Source of the DNA: Candidatus Woesearchaeota archaeon
Lineage (GTDB): Archaea; Nanobdellota; Nanobdellia; Pacearchaeales; GW2011-AR1
Assembly (NCBI GenBank): GCA_964365855.1
Contig: CAYIRC010000002.1
Coordinates: forward strand, 1,781-65,780
DNA: 64,000 nucleotides
Direction of reading: 5' to 3'
The first letter of the stretch is position 1. Each line of letters opens with the position of its first letter. The notes beneath the pieces were generated by a model. The model saw only the letters and a list, made by a program, of their open reading frames with translations. It was not told the DNA's origin and did no database searches. Shown piece by piece: positions 19,517-29,555 of the stretch. The translations under genes and the position numbers were made by a program.

Positions 19517-20709
19517 AAACTTTCTCTGACTTTAATTTTAAAGGAAAAATTGTATTATTAAGAACTGATATAAATTCTGATATTATTCATGGCAAAGCGC
19601 TGGAAAGCGAAAGAATAAAGCCTGCAAGCAAGACAATTTCTTATCTGTTAAAAAATGAGGCGCGGGTGATAGTTATAGCGCATCAGGGCAATCCAGGAAA
19701 ATCAGATTTCTTATCTTTAAAACAGCATGCAAAATTTTTAAATAAATATGTAAAAATAAAATTTATTCCAGATGTTATAGGAAGAAGAGCAGAAAAAGCC
19801 ATAAAAGAATTAAAGCCAAAAGAAGCGATTCTTCTTGACAATATTCGTTTGGAGGAAGATGAATTTCAGCCGTATAAGAAAAAAAATAAAATTCTTAAAT
19901 TTTTTCTGCCCAAGATAGATATTTATGTGAATGATGCTTTTTCTGTTTGTCATAGAGAGCATACGTCTATTGTTTCATTTCCAAAATACAAGCCGAGTTA
20001 TGCTGGGATACTACTGGAAAAAGAAATCTCAGCCTTAAAAAAAATAAGCATAAAAAATTGCCTTTATATACTAGGGGGGGCAAAACCTGAGGATAATATA
20101 AAACTTTTTAAAAAAAGAAAAAAGATTATTGTAGGTGGCATATTCGGGCAGATGTGCCTTATAGCTGAAAATCATAATCTTGGAAAAAATAATGAAAGAG
20201 AAAACAAAAGCACTGTAAAAAACTATGATGAGATTATAAAAAAATTAAAAAAGAAATTGAAAAGCTTAAAAATTATAACGCCGATTGACTATGCTGTTGA
20301 AATTAATAATAAGAGAAAAGAATTTTCTTTGAAAGATTTCCCAACAAAATATATAATATATGATATTGGTAAAAAAACTCAAGAAAAATTTATAGAAGAA
20401 ATTAAAAAAGCAAAGGCAATATATATGAAAGGCCCGCTAGGGTTTGCTTCAAAAAATAATTTTTCTGAAGGAACATTCAAAATTTTAAGAGCCATAGCAA
20501 AAAGCCCTGCTTTTTCGCTTATCGGTGGCGGGCATTTATCCGATGCAATAAAAGTATCAAAAATTCCAGAATCAAATTTCTCGCATATTTCTCTTTCTGG
20601 GGGGGCCCTATTAAATTATATTGCAGGTGAAAAACTTGCAGGGCTTAAAGCCTTAAATTTACATGCATTGCAACAGATAATAAGGCCGGTAAATCAATTA
20701 AAAAAATAA
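19513..20709 (+). CDS. pgk: phosphoglycerate kinase
   Basis: VLLRTDIN, AHQG, YVNDAFSVCHR, LGGAK, IGGGH, SHISLSGGA. Confidence 0.93.
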   Translation: MKTFSDFNFKGKIVLLRTDINSDIIHGKALESERIKPASKTISYLLKNEARVIVIAHQGNPGKSDFLSLKQHAKFLNKYVKIKFIPDVIGRRAEKAIKELKPKEAILLDNIRLEEDEFQPYKKKNKILKFFLPKIDIYVNDAFSVCHREHTSIVSFPKYKPSYAGILLEKEISALKKISIKNCLYILGGAKPEDNIKLFKKRKKIIVGGIFGQMCLIAENHNLGKNNERENKSTVKNYDEIIKKLKKKLKSLKIITPIDYAVEINNKRKEFSLKDFPTKYIIYDIGKKTQEKFIEEIKKAKAIYMKGPLGFASKNNFSEGTFKILRAIAKSPAFSLIGGGHLSDAIKVSKIPESNFSHISLSGGALLNYIAGEKLAGLKALNLHALQQIIRPVNQLKK

Positions 20710-20931
20710 TCTTTTATAGGCAGTGAATTTTTCTTGGAGAAAACTAACTAAACTCTTTTTTAATTCTTGGCGACTTCTAACCATCAAATTTATATCAATC
20801 ATAACTCTAAGATAATTTGGGTAAAATTCCCTTTCTCCCTCTTTTAACCATATCTGAAAATTCTTTCCAACAGTATAAAATTAACAAAACCTTTATTAAT
20901 TCATTTCCATTTGATATTTTAAAGAGGAAAA

Positions 20932-21843
20932 ATGCCAGCATCTAATCTTGTTAAGAATTATCCTGCCGATATTAATAATGCATATTTCCTAAAAACGCCT
21001 AAATTAAAAAATAAAATAGAAAGAATAGCGGTTTTTGGCATGGGCGGATGCTATGTAGCCGGATTAGTCTTAAAGGAGCTTTTAAGAGAGGAAATTTCAG
21101 TTGAGCTCTCTCCGCATATTAAAACATCATCAAAAATACTTTCTATATTTTTAAGCTATTCTGGAAATACAAAAGAAATAATAAATTATTTTGAAAAATC
21201 AAGCCCAAATTCTCTTGTAATTACTTCGGGCGGGCGGCTTTTAAGGCTTGCAGAAAGAAAGAAAGCCATGATAATAAAGATTCCGGAGAATATGCACCAA
21301 AGATTTACTTTTCCTTATATCTTCTTTCCATTAATAAAATTTCTTGAAGAAAACAGCATAATAAAGAAAAAGAATATAAGCAAAATAATAAAAACACTGG
21401 AAAAAAACCAGATGGCTGTTGAAAAACAGGCAAAAGTTATTATTGAAAGATTAAATAATAAAATCCCGCTTTTTTATGCCTCTAACTTTTTCTTTCCAAC
21501 AGCTTATGCATTAAAGGTTTATACAGAAGAAGATGCAAAAATTCTCTGCTATTCAGGCAGAATTACAGAGCTTTTTCATAATGAAATTGAAGCCCTGCCT
21601 GATAAAAAGTTTTTTCCTATTTTGATTATTGATAAAGAAGAAACCAAAAATTTTGAAAATCAAATAAATTTCTTTAAAAAATACATTAAAAATTTTTATG
21701 AAATCGACTTCAAAAATTTCTCAAGAGAGGAAAGAATGTTTCTTATACTTAATTTAATTAATTATTTTAGTTGCTCTCTTGCCCTTAAAAGAGGGGTAGA
21801 ACCATTTAAAACATTAATTTCAGATAAAATAAAAAAATTGTAA
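20932..21843 (+). CDS. pgi: bifunctional phosphoglucose/phosphomannose isomerase (SIS domain)
   Basis: GMGG, SYSGNTKE, ITSGGRL, ELFHNEIE. Confidence 0.82.
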   Translation: MPASNLVKNYPADINNAYFLKTPKLKNKIERIAVFGMGGCYVAGLVLKELLREEISVELSPHIKTSSKILSIFLSYSGNTKEIINYFEKSSPNSLVITSGGRLLRLAERKKAMIIKIPENMHQRFTFPYIFFPLIKFLEENSIIKKKNISKIIKTLEKNQMAVEKQAKVIIERLNNKIPLFYASNFFFPTAYALKVYTEEDAKILCYSGRITELFHNEIEALPDKKFFPILIIDKEETKNFENQINFFKKYIKNFYEIDFKNFSREERMFLILNLINYFSCSLALKRGVEPFKTLISDKIKKL

Positions 21844-21844
21844 A

Positions 21845-22960
21845 ATGAAAAGTATAATTGAAGAATGCTATGAAAAAGCAAAAGATTGCATAGATAAAAA
21901 CAAATTTAAGAAGGGCATATTTGCTTCGCCAGGATATCATGCAATCTGGGCACGCGACAGCATGATTTCTTTAATTGGAGCTTCCGCAACAAAAAACTTT
22001 AAAGAGATGTTCAGGGAAAGCTTGATTACTCTTGCTTCGCATCAGAGCAAAAAAGGACAGATACCAAATGCAGTTGATAAATGGAGCAAAAGAAAGAGCC
22101 ATGTTGATTACCAGTCAATAGATTCAACTTTATGGTTTATAATAGGTGAATATTGGTATAAGCATATTTATCAAGATTCATTGATATTCAATAAACATAG
22201 AAAAAAAATTGAAAATGCTTTGCTATGGCTGGGTTATCAGGATTTTTCAGAGTCAGGATTGATTGTTCAGCTTCCTACAACAGACTGGCAGGATGCTTTC
22301 CCCCACAAGTATGGCTGGACAATAAATACGCAGGCACTTTACTATTGTGTTCTAAAAATAATCAAAAGAGATAAAGAAGCAGAAAAATTAAAGATTCTTG
22401 TTAATAGCGACAATGATCATTGTTTATGGAATGGCTCATTCTATAATGCTTATAGATGGAAAAATCACGGAAAATACAAGGAAAAAGGAGGATGGTTTGA
22501 TTCATTAGGAAATTTGCTTGCAATTTTATTTGGCCTTGCTGATAAAGATAAATCTGAAAAAATCCTAAACTATATACAGCAGAAAAAAATAAATCAGCCT
22601 TATCCAATTAAAGCAATTTTTCCCCCAATTGAAAAAGGAGATACAGACTGGCAGGACTATTATCTTGACTGCGATGCAGGCAAGCCATTTCATTATTTAA
22701 ATGCAGGAATTTGGCCATATATCGGCTCGTTCTATATTCTCGCATTGATAAAACTAAAAAAATTTGATGAAGCAGAAAAAGAATTGGAGAAACTTGCTGA
22801 ATCCAATCTTAAAGGAAATTTTCCAGAATGGATAAATCCTTTAACAAAAGAGACTTATGGCAGTCTTCAAGCATGGGATGCAGGCACATACATTCTTGCA
22901 TACGAATCATTTAAAAACAAGAAATTATTTTTTGATTGCTCAAACTGGGTGAGATACTGA
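21845..22960 (+). CDS. (alpha/alpha)6 glycoside hydrolase, GH100 alkaline/neutral invertase-like or amylo-alpha-1,6-glucosidase-like
   Basis: WARDS, GQIP, DSTLWF, FDSLGN, YLNAGIWP, FPEW, QAWDAG. Confidence 0.75.
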   Translation: MKSIIEECYEKAKDCIDKNKFKKGIFASPGYHAIWARDSMISLIGASATKNFKEMFRESLITLASHQSKKGQIPNAVDKWSKRKSHVDYQSIDSTLWFIIGEYWYKHIYQDSLIFNKHRKKIENALLWLGYQDFSESGLIVQLPTTDWQDAFPHKYGWTINTQALYYCVLKIIKRDKEAEKLKILVNSDNDHCLWNGSFYNAYRWKNHGKYKEKGGWFDSLGNLLAILFGLADKDKSEKILNYIQQKKINQPYPIKAIFPPIEKGDTDWQDYYLDCDAGKPFHYLNAGIWPYIGSFYILALIKLKKFDEAEKELEKLAESNLKGNFPEWINPLTKETYGSLQAWDAGTYILAYESFKNKKLFFDCSNWVRY

Positions 22961-22981
22961 AATTTTTTATTAAAAGAAAAG

Positions 22982-24148
22982 ATGATAAAAACAAAAAAAG
23001 ACAAAATACTTATTGCTCCAAAAGATATAAAGCCAAGCTCTCCAGAGATGGAGATTTTAGGCACAATCAATCCAGCAGCAGTAAGGCTGCCCAATAAAGA
23101 TATAATGCTTTATGTCAGGGTAATAGAAAGATTAAAAAAAACAAGAGATGAAAACTACTGCTATTCTCCGAGAATGGTTGGAGAAAATTCTTTTCAGATG
23201 AAAATAGATAAATTTCCAAAAAACCAGATAGAAAGAGAATCAGAGCTTGATTTTGTTTTTAAAGATGGAACAAAAAGATTAACTTTTGTTTCTCATCTAA
23301 GAAGAGTTATACTTGACAAATCAGGATTTAAAATTAAGCAAATTGATGCTAAACCAAGTTTCTATGGAGTGGCATGGGATGGCGAGTTAGGAATAGAAGA
23401 CTCAAGAATAACTAAGATAAATGACATTTATATTATGACTTATGTGGCTCTTTCGAGAGAAGAAGACATATCAACAAGTTATGCAATCTCAAATGACTGC
23501 ATAAACTGGTACAGAAGAGGAATTATTTTTGGCACACAAGACAAAGATGTGGTAATTTTTCCAGAAATGATTGATGGAAATTACATTGCATTTGACAGGC
23601 CAGAAGGAAACTTTCAATTCAGCCTGCCGCATATTTGGGTTGCATATTCTAAAAATCTTGATTCATGGGGGCATCTAAAATCAATACGCCTGTCAAAAAA
23701 GGGAGAATGGGACCATTCGAGAATAGGGGCAGGCCCGCCACCAATAAAAACAAAAGATGGATGGCTTTTTGTCTATCATTGCGTTTTAGAATACTCCCAG
23801 CTAGCCAGAAGAATAAAACAAACCAGAAAAATCAAACTCGGTTTGACTGATGAAGAAGGAAAAAAGTATATCTACTTAGTTGGAGCAGCTTTGCTAGATT
23901 TAAAAGACCCTACAAAAGTTATAAAAAAATCAAAAGTTCCAATTATTGTCCCTAAAAAAGATTATGAAAAAGGAACTTTTGAAAATAAAGACGTCGTATT
24001 TCCCACGGGCTTGGTTTCTGATTTGAATAGCAAGGATTTGCTTATATTTTCAGGAGGAGGGGATATTGTTGTTTCTGTAAAAAAAGTTGGCCTGAAGGAT
24101 TTACTTAATGCTCTTGAACCTTTTTTATGCATTGTAAGAAATATTTAG
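22982..24148 (+). CDS. GH130 glycosidase/mannoside phosphorylase
   Basis: INPAA, GIEDSRIT, KDVVIFPE, RIGAGPPPIKT..GWL, VVFPTG. Confidence 0.85.
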   Translation: MIKTKKDKILIAPKDIKPSSPEMEILGTINPAAVRLPNKDIMLYVRVIERLKKTRDENYCYSPRMVGENSFQMKIDKFPKNQIERESELDFVFKDGTKRLTFVSHLRRVILDKSGFKIKQIDAKPSFYGVAWDGELGIEDSRITKINDIYIMTYVALSREEDISTSYAISNDCINWYRRGIIFGTQDKDVVIFPEMIDGNYIAFDRPEGNFQFSLPHIWVAYSKNLDSWGHLKSIRLSKKGEWDHSRIGAGPPPIKTKDGWLFVYHCVLEYSQLARRIKQTRKIKLGLTDEEGKKYIYLVGAALLDLKDPTKVIKKSKVPIIVPKKDYEKGTFENKDVVFPTGLVSDLNSKDLLIFSGGGDIVVSVKKVGLKDLLNALEPFLCIVRNI

Positions 24149-25284
24149 CTTATCCCAAGCTTTTCTCTTGTAGCATCTAATATTTTTTTGGAAGTTATTT
24201 TATAATCAAAATTTTCAACAGCATGCTGTCTTGCTGCTTTTCCCATTTTTTCATTAAGATGTTCATCTGTTAATAATTTAAGAGTGAATTCTTTTAAATC
24301 ATTAATATCTGCTCTATATGCAAATGTTTTTGGCTCGCTAAATTTTATTATCTCTTTTTTCTTAAAGCCCATATGAGGATATACCCATTCTTGATTTAAT
24401 ATTATCTCTTCTGCTACTTTGGCAAGAAAACCAGTTTTATTATGCACTATGGTTTCAGAAGGCCCCATTTTATTTATAGAAATTACCGGCTTGCCACAAG
24501 CCATTGCTTCAACCTGGACCATTCCAAATCCTTCTATTCTTGAGGGAGCAGCGCAAATATCACAGGCATTTAGCAGGTAAACCATATACTCCGGAGTAAA
24601 AATATCATCTATAAATACAACTTTATCTGTTAATCCCAATTCGCTTAATAATGCTAGTTCTTTCTCTCTCCATTCACTGGCGCATTCACTTGGATAAGAT
24701 TTGCATACATACTTCCAATTTCCATATTCTTTATTAACTTCAGCCAATGCTCTAAACATTTCTTGCACACCTTTTGATGTAACATCGCCGCCTGCTGTCA
24801 AAATCATTTTTTCGTTTTCTTTAATTCCAAGCATTTCTTTAACTGCTTTTTTCATATCATCATTCTCCATCGGCCTGAACAATTCTGTATCAATGCCAAT
24901 ATGCATTGGTATTATTTTGCTTACATCAATTTTATCTCTTTCATAAATGCTTTTTACCCAATCGCTTGTTGTAAACATTAAATCAAGTTTATCGAAATCT
25001 TCTTTATAATTAGCAACCCACCCGTCTGCGTTAAACCATGGCACTGGCTTTACGCCATATTTTAATGGTTCTCTTACAATATCAGGCACATTGCCCCAAA
25101 ATCCAATTCCAAAAGAAACATCTGGCTTAAAATGCTTAAGATAAAATGTTTTCTGCATACTGTCTCGAAAATGGCAAGGAATGGCATTTACTCCATGATA
25201 TTTCAAGCCTCTATAAAGATATTCGCCCTGCAAACTCTGCCCATCGCACTCAAAAGGATAAGCATATAATACTAATGCTTTCAT
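24145..25284 (-). CDS. glycosyltransferase family 4
   Basis: PSRIEGFGMVQVEAMACGKPVI. Confidence 0.9.
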   Translation of the reverse strand: MKALVLYAYPFECDGQSLQGEYLYRGLKYHGVNAIPCHFRDSMQKTFYLKHFKPDVSFGIGFWGNVPDIVREPLKYGVKPVPWFNADGWVANYKEDFDKLDLMFTTSDWVKSIYERDKIDVSKIIPMHIGIDTELFRPMENDDMKKAVKEMLGIKENEKMILTAGGDVTSKGVQEMFRALAEVNKEYGNWKYVCKSYPSECASEWREKELALLSELGLTDKVVFIDDIFTPEYMVYLLNACDICAAPSRIEGFGMVQVEAMACGKPVISINKMGPSETIVHNKTGFLAKVAEEIILNQEWVYPHMGFKKKEIIKFSEPKTFAYRADINDLKEFTLKLLTDEHLNEKMGKAARQHAVENFDYKITSKKILDATREKLGIS

Positions 25285-25853
25285 TCTATATCAAAAGCCT
25301 CTGCATCCCCGCAAGTTTTTTCTTCAAATCCATTTTTCTGAAAACCATAAATATTCATTATAATCTTCTTTTTTATTAAAAAAATTTCGCGCTTTAAATT
25401 TATAAATTTATCTGCATTTTTGTTTGGATATGCATATTTGTTATTCTTCAAATATGAAAAGAAAAAAACTTTTTTTGCCCTTAATTTGTTATTTAATAAC
25501 ATTTCTTTAACTGCACTATGAATTTCTATATGCCTTATATGCCCGTACTCGCCGTTTTTTCCATGTGCAAAGATATAATCAAATTCTCCATCTGCAAATT
25601 CCTGTATTCTTCCCTTGATTTCCTCTAAAGATATTGGTTTAAGATTCTCATCTTCCAAATCAGACATAAATCCTTTTGCTTGGTATTCCTGACATGCTTT
25701 AAAAAACTTTGGAGCCCTGTCTTTGTCTTCGCGCCTGCATAAACTTATTATTATTGTATCCCAATTATTTTTATTTTCAAGAAGCAAGCCACCCATCCAA
25801 ATTAATTCATCATCTGGATGAGCTATAATAACTAGCACTTTTTCCTTCTTCAT
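25281..25853 (-). CDS. PIG-L/LmbE family deacetylase
   Basis: AHPDDE and GEYGHIRH motifs. Confidence 0.87.
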   Translation of the reverse strand: MKKEKVLVIIAHPDDELIWMGGLLLENKNNWDTIIISLCRREDKDRAPKFFKACQEYQAKGFMSDLEDENLKPISLEEIKGRIQEFADGEFDYIFAHGKNGEYGHIRHIEIHSAVKEMLLNNKLRAKKVFFFSYLKNNKYAYPNKNADKFINLKREIFLIKKKIIMNIYGFQKNGFEEKTCGDAEAFDIE

Positions 25854-25911
25854 CTAAAACAAAGGATTTTTAATTAGATAAATCTTTCTAAACAAAAGAG
25901 ATGAAGTTAAA

Positions 25912-26820
25912 ATGGAAAATTTTGATGTAGTTAGTTTCGGTTCTGCAGTTATAGATGTTTTTGTGAATACTGAAGCAGTTGAAAGAGGAGATTTTATGTG
26001 CTATATTATAGGCAGCAAGATTTTAATTAAAGATTTAAAATTTGATATAGGCGGAGGAGGAACTAATACTGCAGTTGCATTTTCCCGCCTTGGATTAAAA
26101 GCAGGATATATAGGAAAAATAGGAAAAGATTTAGAGGGCATAAAAATTTTAAATATGCTAAAAAAAGAAAAAGTCAGCTTTCTTGGAAAAATCGATAAAG
26201 GGCAGACAGGATACTCCATAATACTCGACAGCGCAAATAAGGACAGAACAATTTTAGCATTTAAGGGAGTAAATAATGAATTTTTATTGAGTGATATAGC
26301 TAAGTTCAGGACAAAATGGCTTTATTTTTCTTCTTTGCTTGAAAAAAGTCTGGAAACACAGAAAAAGCTTGCTAAAATTTATGCTGGCAAAGGAGTAAAG
26401 CTTGCATTTAATCCTAGCTCTTATTTAATAAAAAATGAGCGGCTTGATGAAATTTTAAAATTTACCAGTATATTAATTTTAAACAAAGAAGAAGCAATAG
26501 CTTTATCAAAAGAATCATCGCAAGATAGAATAATAAAAAAACTGCATGCTCTTGGCCCAAAAATAATTGTTATAACAAATAAAGACAAAGAAGTTATTTG
26601 CTCTGATTTTTTAAAATTATATAAAATAATGCCGCACAAAAATATAAAAGTAGTCGAAAGAACAGGCGCCGGTGATGCATTTGCTTCAGGATTTGTTGCA
26701 GGGCAGATTACAGGGAAAAGCATAGACGAAAGCTTAAAACTCGCTCTTTCAGAGTCAGAAGCAGTGGTTCAGCATTTTGGCGCAAAAAATAACTTAATTA
26801 GAATGAGGTTAAAGAAATAG
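25912..26820 (+). CDS. PfkB/ribokinase-family carbohydrate kinase
   Basis: GGGGTNTAVAFSRLG, LNKEEA, RTGAGDAFASG. Confidence 0.92.
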   Translation: MENFDVVSFGSAVIDVFVNTEAVERGDFMCYIIGSKILIKDLKFDIGGGGTNTAVAFSRLGLKAGYIGKIGKDLEGIKILNMLKKEKVSFLGKIDKGQTGYSIILDSANKDRTILAFKGVNNEFLLSDIAKFRTKWLYFSSLLEKSLETQKKLAKIYAGKGVKLAFNPSSYLIKNERLDEILKFTSILILNKEEAIALSKESSQDRIIKKLHALGPKIIVITNKDKEVICSDFLKLYKIMPHKNIKVVERTGAGDAFASGFVAGQITGKSIDESLKLALSESEAVVQHFGAKNNLIRMRLKK

Positions 26821-26824
26821 GAAA

Positions 26825-27130
26825 ATGAAAGCTTGGTTAAAAGGGGGACTGATAGGAGGAATTATTGGAGCATTGATTTGGTTATACGATTATGATTTTT
26901 TGTTAAATATGGGTGGAGCATCAAAACCGATAAGTGATTCTATAAGAATATTTTTTGGGAATCTATTTGGTATCTCTATAAATACAAACCCTATGGGAGA
27001 ATTGTCTGTTATGCCATTTAATCCATTTTTTTCATTATTGATATTAATCTTCTTTTGTCTTATTATTGGAATAATTATTGGTTTTGTTATCGGAAAATTA
27101 AGGAGAAGAAATGAAAGTCAATATAAATAA
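26825..27130 (+). CDS. small membrane protein
   Basis: Two hydrophobic helices, basic C-terminal tail; inside the operon. Confidence 0.65.
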   Translation: MKAWLKGGLIGGIIGALIWLYDYDFLLNMGGASKPISDSIRIFFGNLFGISINTNPMGELSVMPFNPFFSLLILIFFCLIIGIIIGFVIGKLRRRNESQYK

Positions 27131-27854
27131 AATTTTGCGGAAAGGCAAGGCATTATTTCTTGCTTATGACCAGGGGCTTGAGCACGGGCCTATGGATTTT
27201 AATGATAAAAATGTTAATCCTGAATATATAATAGAAATAGCAAAAAAAGGAAAATTTAATGCAATAATATTCCAGAAAGGAATTGCTGAAAAATATAAAA
27301 AAGAGATAAAAAAAGCAAAACTAAATTTAATCCTAAAGCTGAATGGCAAGACATCTTTCATTAAAAAAAATCCTATATCCAGGCAGCTCTGCACAATTAA
27401 TGAAGCTATTAATTTAGGAGCAGATGCAGTTGGCTATACAATTTATCTTGGCTCCAAGCGTGAAGCAGAAATGTTTCAGGAATTTGAAAATATAGAGCGC
27501 GAAGCGCATAAAAAAGGACTTCCTGTAATTTTATGGGTTTATCCTTCAAGCAAGAAAAAAGAAAATGCAGAGTTTATGGCATATTCAGCAAGAATCGGAC
27601 TAGAATTAGGAGCAGATATAATAAAAATAAAATATTTTGGAAGCAAAGAAGATTTGAAATGGGCTGTAAAATCAGCTGGAAAAGCAAAGATAGTTATTGC
27701 AGGAGGCATTAAAAAACAAGAAGCAATGTTATTGAAACAAATTAAAGATATAATCGATACTGGCTGTATTGGGTTGGCTATAGGCAGAAATATATGGCAA
27801 TCCAAGAACCCTATGAAATTAACAGAGAAAATTAGGAAGGTAATATGGAAATGA
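27111..27854 (+). CDS. fba: class I (DhnA-type) fructose-bisphosphate aldolase
   Basis: LAYDQGLEHGP, GADAVGYTIYLGS, ELGADIIKIKY, GLAIGRNIWQ. Confidence 0.92.
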   Translation: MKVNINKILRKGKALFLAYDQGLEHGPMDFNDKNVNPEYIIEIAKKGKFNAIIFQKGIAEKYKKEIKKAKLNLILKLNGKTSFIKKNPISRQLCTINEAINLGADAVGYTIYLGSKREAEMFQEFENIEREAHKKGLPVILWVYPSSKKKENAEFMAYSARIGLELGADIIKIKYFGSKEDLKWAVKSAGKAKIVIAGGIKKQEAMLLKQIKDIIDTGCIGLAIGRNIWQSKNPMKLTEKIRKVIWK

Positions 27855-28852
27855 AAATTGCGTTTTTTGAAACAGAAGATTGGGAAGAAGAATACTTAAA
27901 AAGAAAAATAAAATTTCATGAACTTGTTTTTTTCAGAAATAAATTAAGCGAGGAGGTTATTAAATTAGTATGCAATGCAGATATACTCTCTATATTTGTT
28001 TATTCTAAAATTGATAAAAGTTTACTTAGCAGATTTAAAAATCTCAAGGCAATTGTTACTAGATCCACTGGTTTTGATCACATTAATCTTAAAGAATGCA
28101 AGAAAAGAAATATTTCTGTTTTAAATGTCCCCCATTACGGAGAGAACACTGTAGCAGAACATACCTTTGCATTAATCCTTGCACTTTCAAGAAAAATACA
28201 TAAGTCATATGAAAGAACAATCAGAGGTAATTTTTCTTTGGAAGGATTGAGAGGTTTTGATCTTAAGGGCAAAACAATAGGGGTTATAGGCTTGGGAAGT
28301 ATTGGAAAGCATGTAGCTAGAATCGCAAAAGGTTTTGAGATGAATATTTTAGCTTATGATGTAAAAAAAGATAAAAGTTTTGCTGAAAAGTTTGGAATAA
28401 AATATGTTAAATTTGATTATCTCCTCAAGAATTCTGATATAGTTACTCTTCATTGCCCTTACAATAAAGAAACTCATCACTTAATTAACACAAAAAATAT
28501 AAAATTAATAAAAAAAGGAGCATATCTTATTAATACTGCGAGAGGTGGAAATGTAGAAACAAAAGCATTAGTTAATACTTTAGCAAATGGAAATTTAGGA
28601 GGAGCTGGATTAGATGTTCTTGAAGAAGAGTCTATAATTAAAGAAGAGATTCAGCTTCTGTCTAAGAATTTTCCAAAAAACAATCTTCAAAATCTTTTAG
28701 AAAATCATCTTTTATTAACTTTTGATAATGTTATAATAACACCCCATAATGCTTTTAACAGTGAGGAGGCTTTAACTAGAATCCTTGATACAACAATCGA
28801 GAATATAAAAGAGGTATTAGAAAATAAAAAGCTGGCTAATATTGTAAAATGA
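27845..28852 (+). CDS. D-isomer-specific 2-hydroxyacid dehydrogenase (D-lactate dehydrogenase-like)
   Basis: RSTGFDHI, VAEH, GLGSIG, INTARG, LDVLEEE, ITPHNAF. Confidence 0.9.
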   Translation: MEMKIAFFETEDWEEEYLKRKIKFHELVFFRNKLSEEVIKLVCNADILSIFVYSKIDKSLLSRFKNLKAIVTRSTGFDHINLKECKKRNISVLNVPHYGENTVAEHTFALILALSRKIHKSYERTIRGNFSLEGLRGFDLKGKTIGVIGLGSIGKHVARIAKGFEMNILAYDVKKDKSFAEKFGIKYVKFDYLLKNSDIVTLHCPYNKETHHLINTKNIKLIKKGAYLINTARGGNVETKALVNTLANGNLGGAGLDVLEEESIIKEEIQLLSKNFPKNNLQNLLENHLLLTFDNVIITPHNAFNSEEALTRILDTTIENIKEVLENKKLANIVK

Positions 28853-28865
28853 GAAAAACTGAAAA

Positions 28866-29492
28866 ATGAAACCCCTAGTCGTTATTAACTTCAAAACATA
28901 CAAGCAAGGCAAAAAAGTTTTAAGCCTGGCAAAACAAATAGAAAAAGCAGATAAAAAAATAATAATCGGTGTTCAGGCATCAGACATAAAAGAATTGACC
29001 AGCAAAACAAAGCTTATGATTTTTGCGCAGCATGTGGATTATATGAATCCTGGGCGCGAAACAGGATATATACTGCCAGAGGCAGTAAAAGCAGACGGCG
29101 CTAAAGGAACTTTTCTAAACCATTCTGAGCATAAATTAAAATTTTCTATTTTGAAAAAAACAATTAAAAGATGCTTTGAAACAAATCTCAAAGTTGCTGT
29201 TTTTGCTTCTTCTTTGGCTCAAGCAAAAAAAATTCAAAAATTGAAGCCAGATTATCTTATTATTGAACCGCCAGAACTTGTAGCAGGAAAGATTTCAGTA
29301 TCTAAAGCAAAGCCAGAATTAATTAAAAAGATTGCAGAAGAATTAAATATGAAATTCCTCATCGGTGCTGGAATTCATTCAAGAGAAGATGTCAAGATTG
29401 CATTAAAGCTTGGAGCTTCTGGAATCGCTGTCTCAAGCGCAATAGTAAAATCAATAAATCCTTCAAAAAAGCTAAAAGAACTTATGATATGA
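28866..29492 (+). CDS. tpiA: triosephosphate isomerase (archaeal short type)
   Basis: INFKTY, AQHVD, LNHSEH, EPPELV, GAGI. Confidence 0.93.
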   Translation: MKPLVVINFKTYKQGKKVLSLAKQIEKADKKIIIGVQASDIKELTSKTKLMIFAQHVDYMNPGRETGYILPEAVKADGAKGTFLNHSEHKLKFSILKKTIKRCFETNLKVAVFASSLAQAKKIQKLKPDYLIIEPPELVAGKISVSKAKPELIKKIAEELNMKFLIGAGIHSREDVKIALKLGASGIAVSSAIVKSINPSKKLKELMI

Positions 29493-29555
29493 TATTAATA
29501 CGTGAGTAGAATTGCTCCAAATTAGATTTTCAACAAATCTAATTAATATCTATTT

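Noticed and set aside
20710..20930. Possible small minus-strand ORF or ncRNA between pgk and pgi
   Set aside because: Only short (<40 aa) frames with no motif or clear structure.
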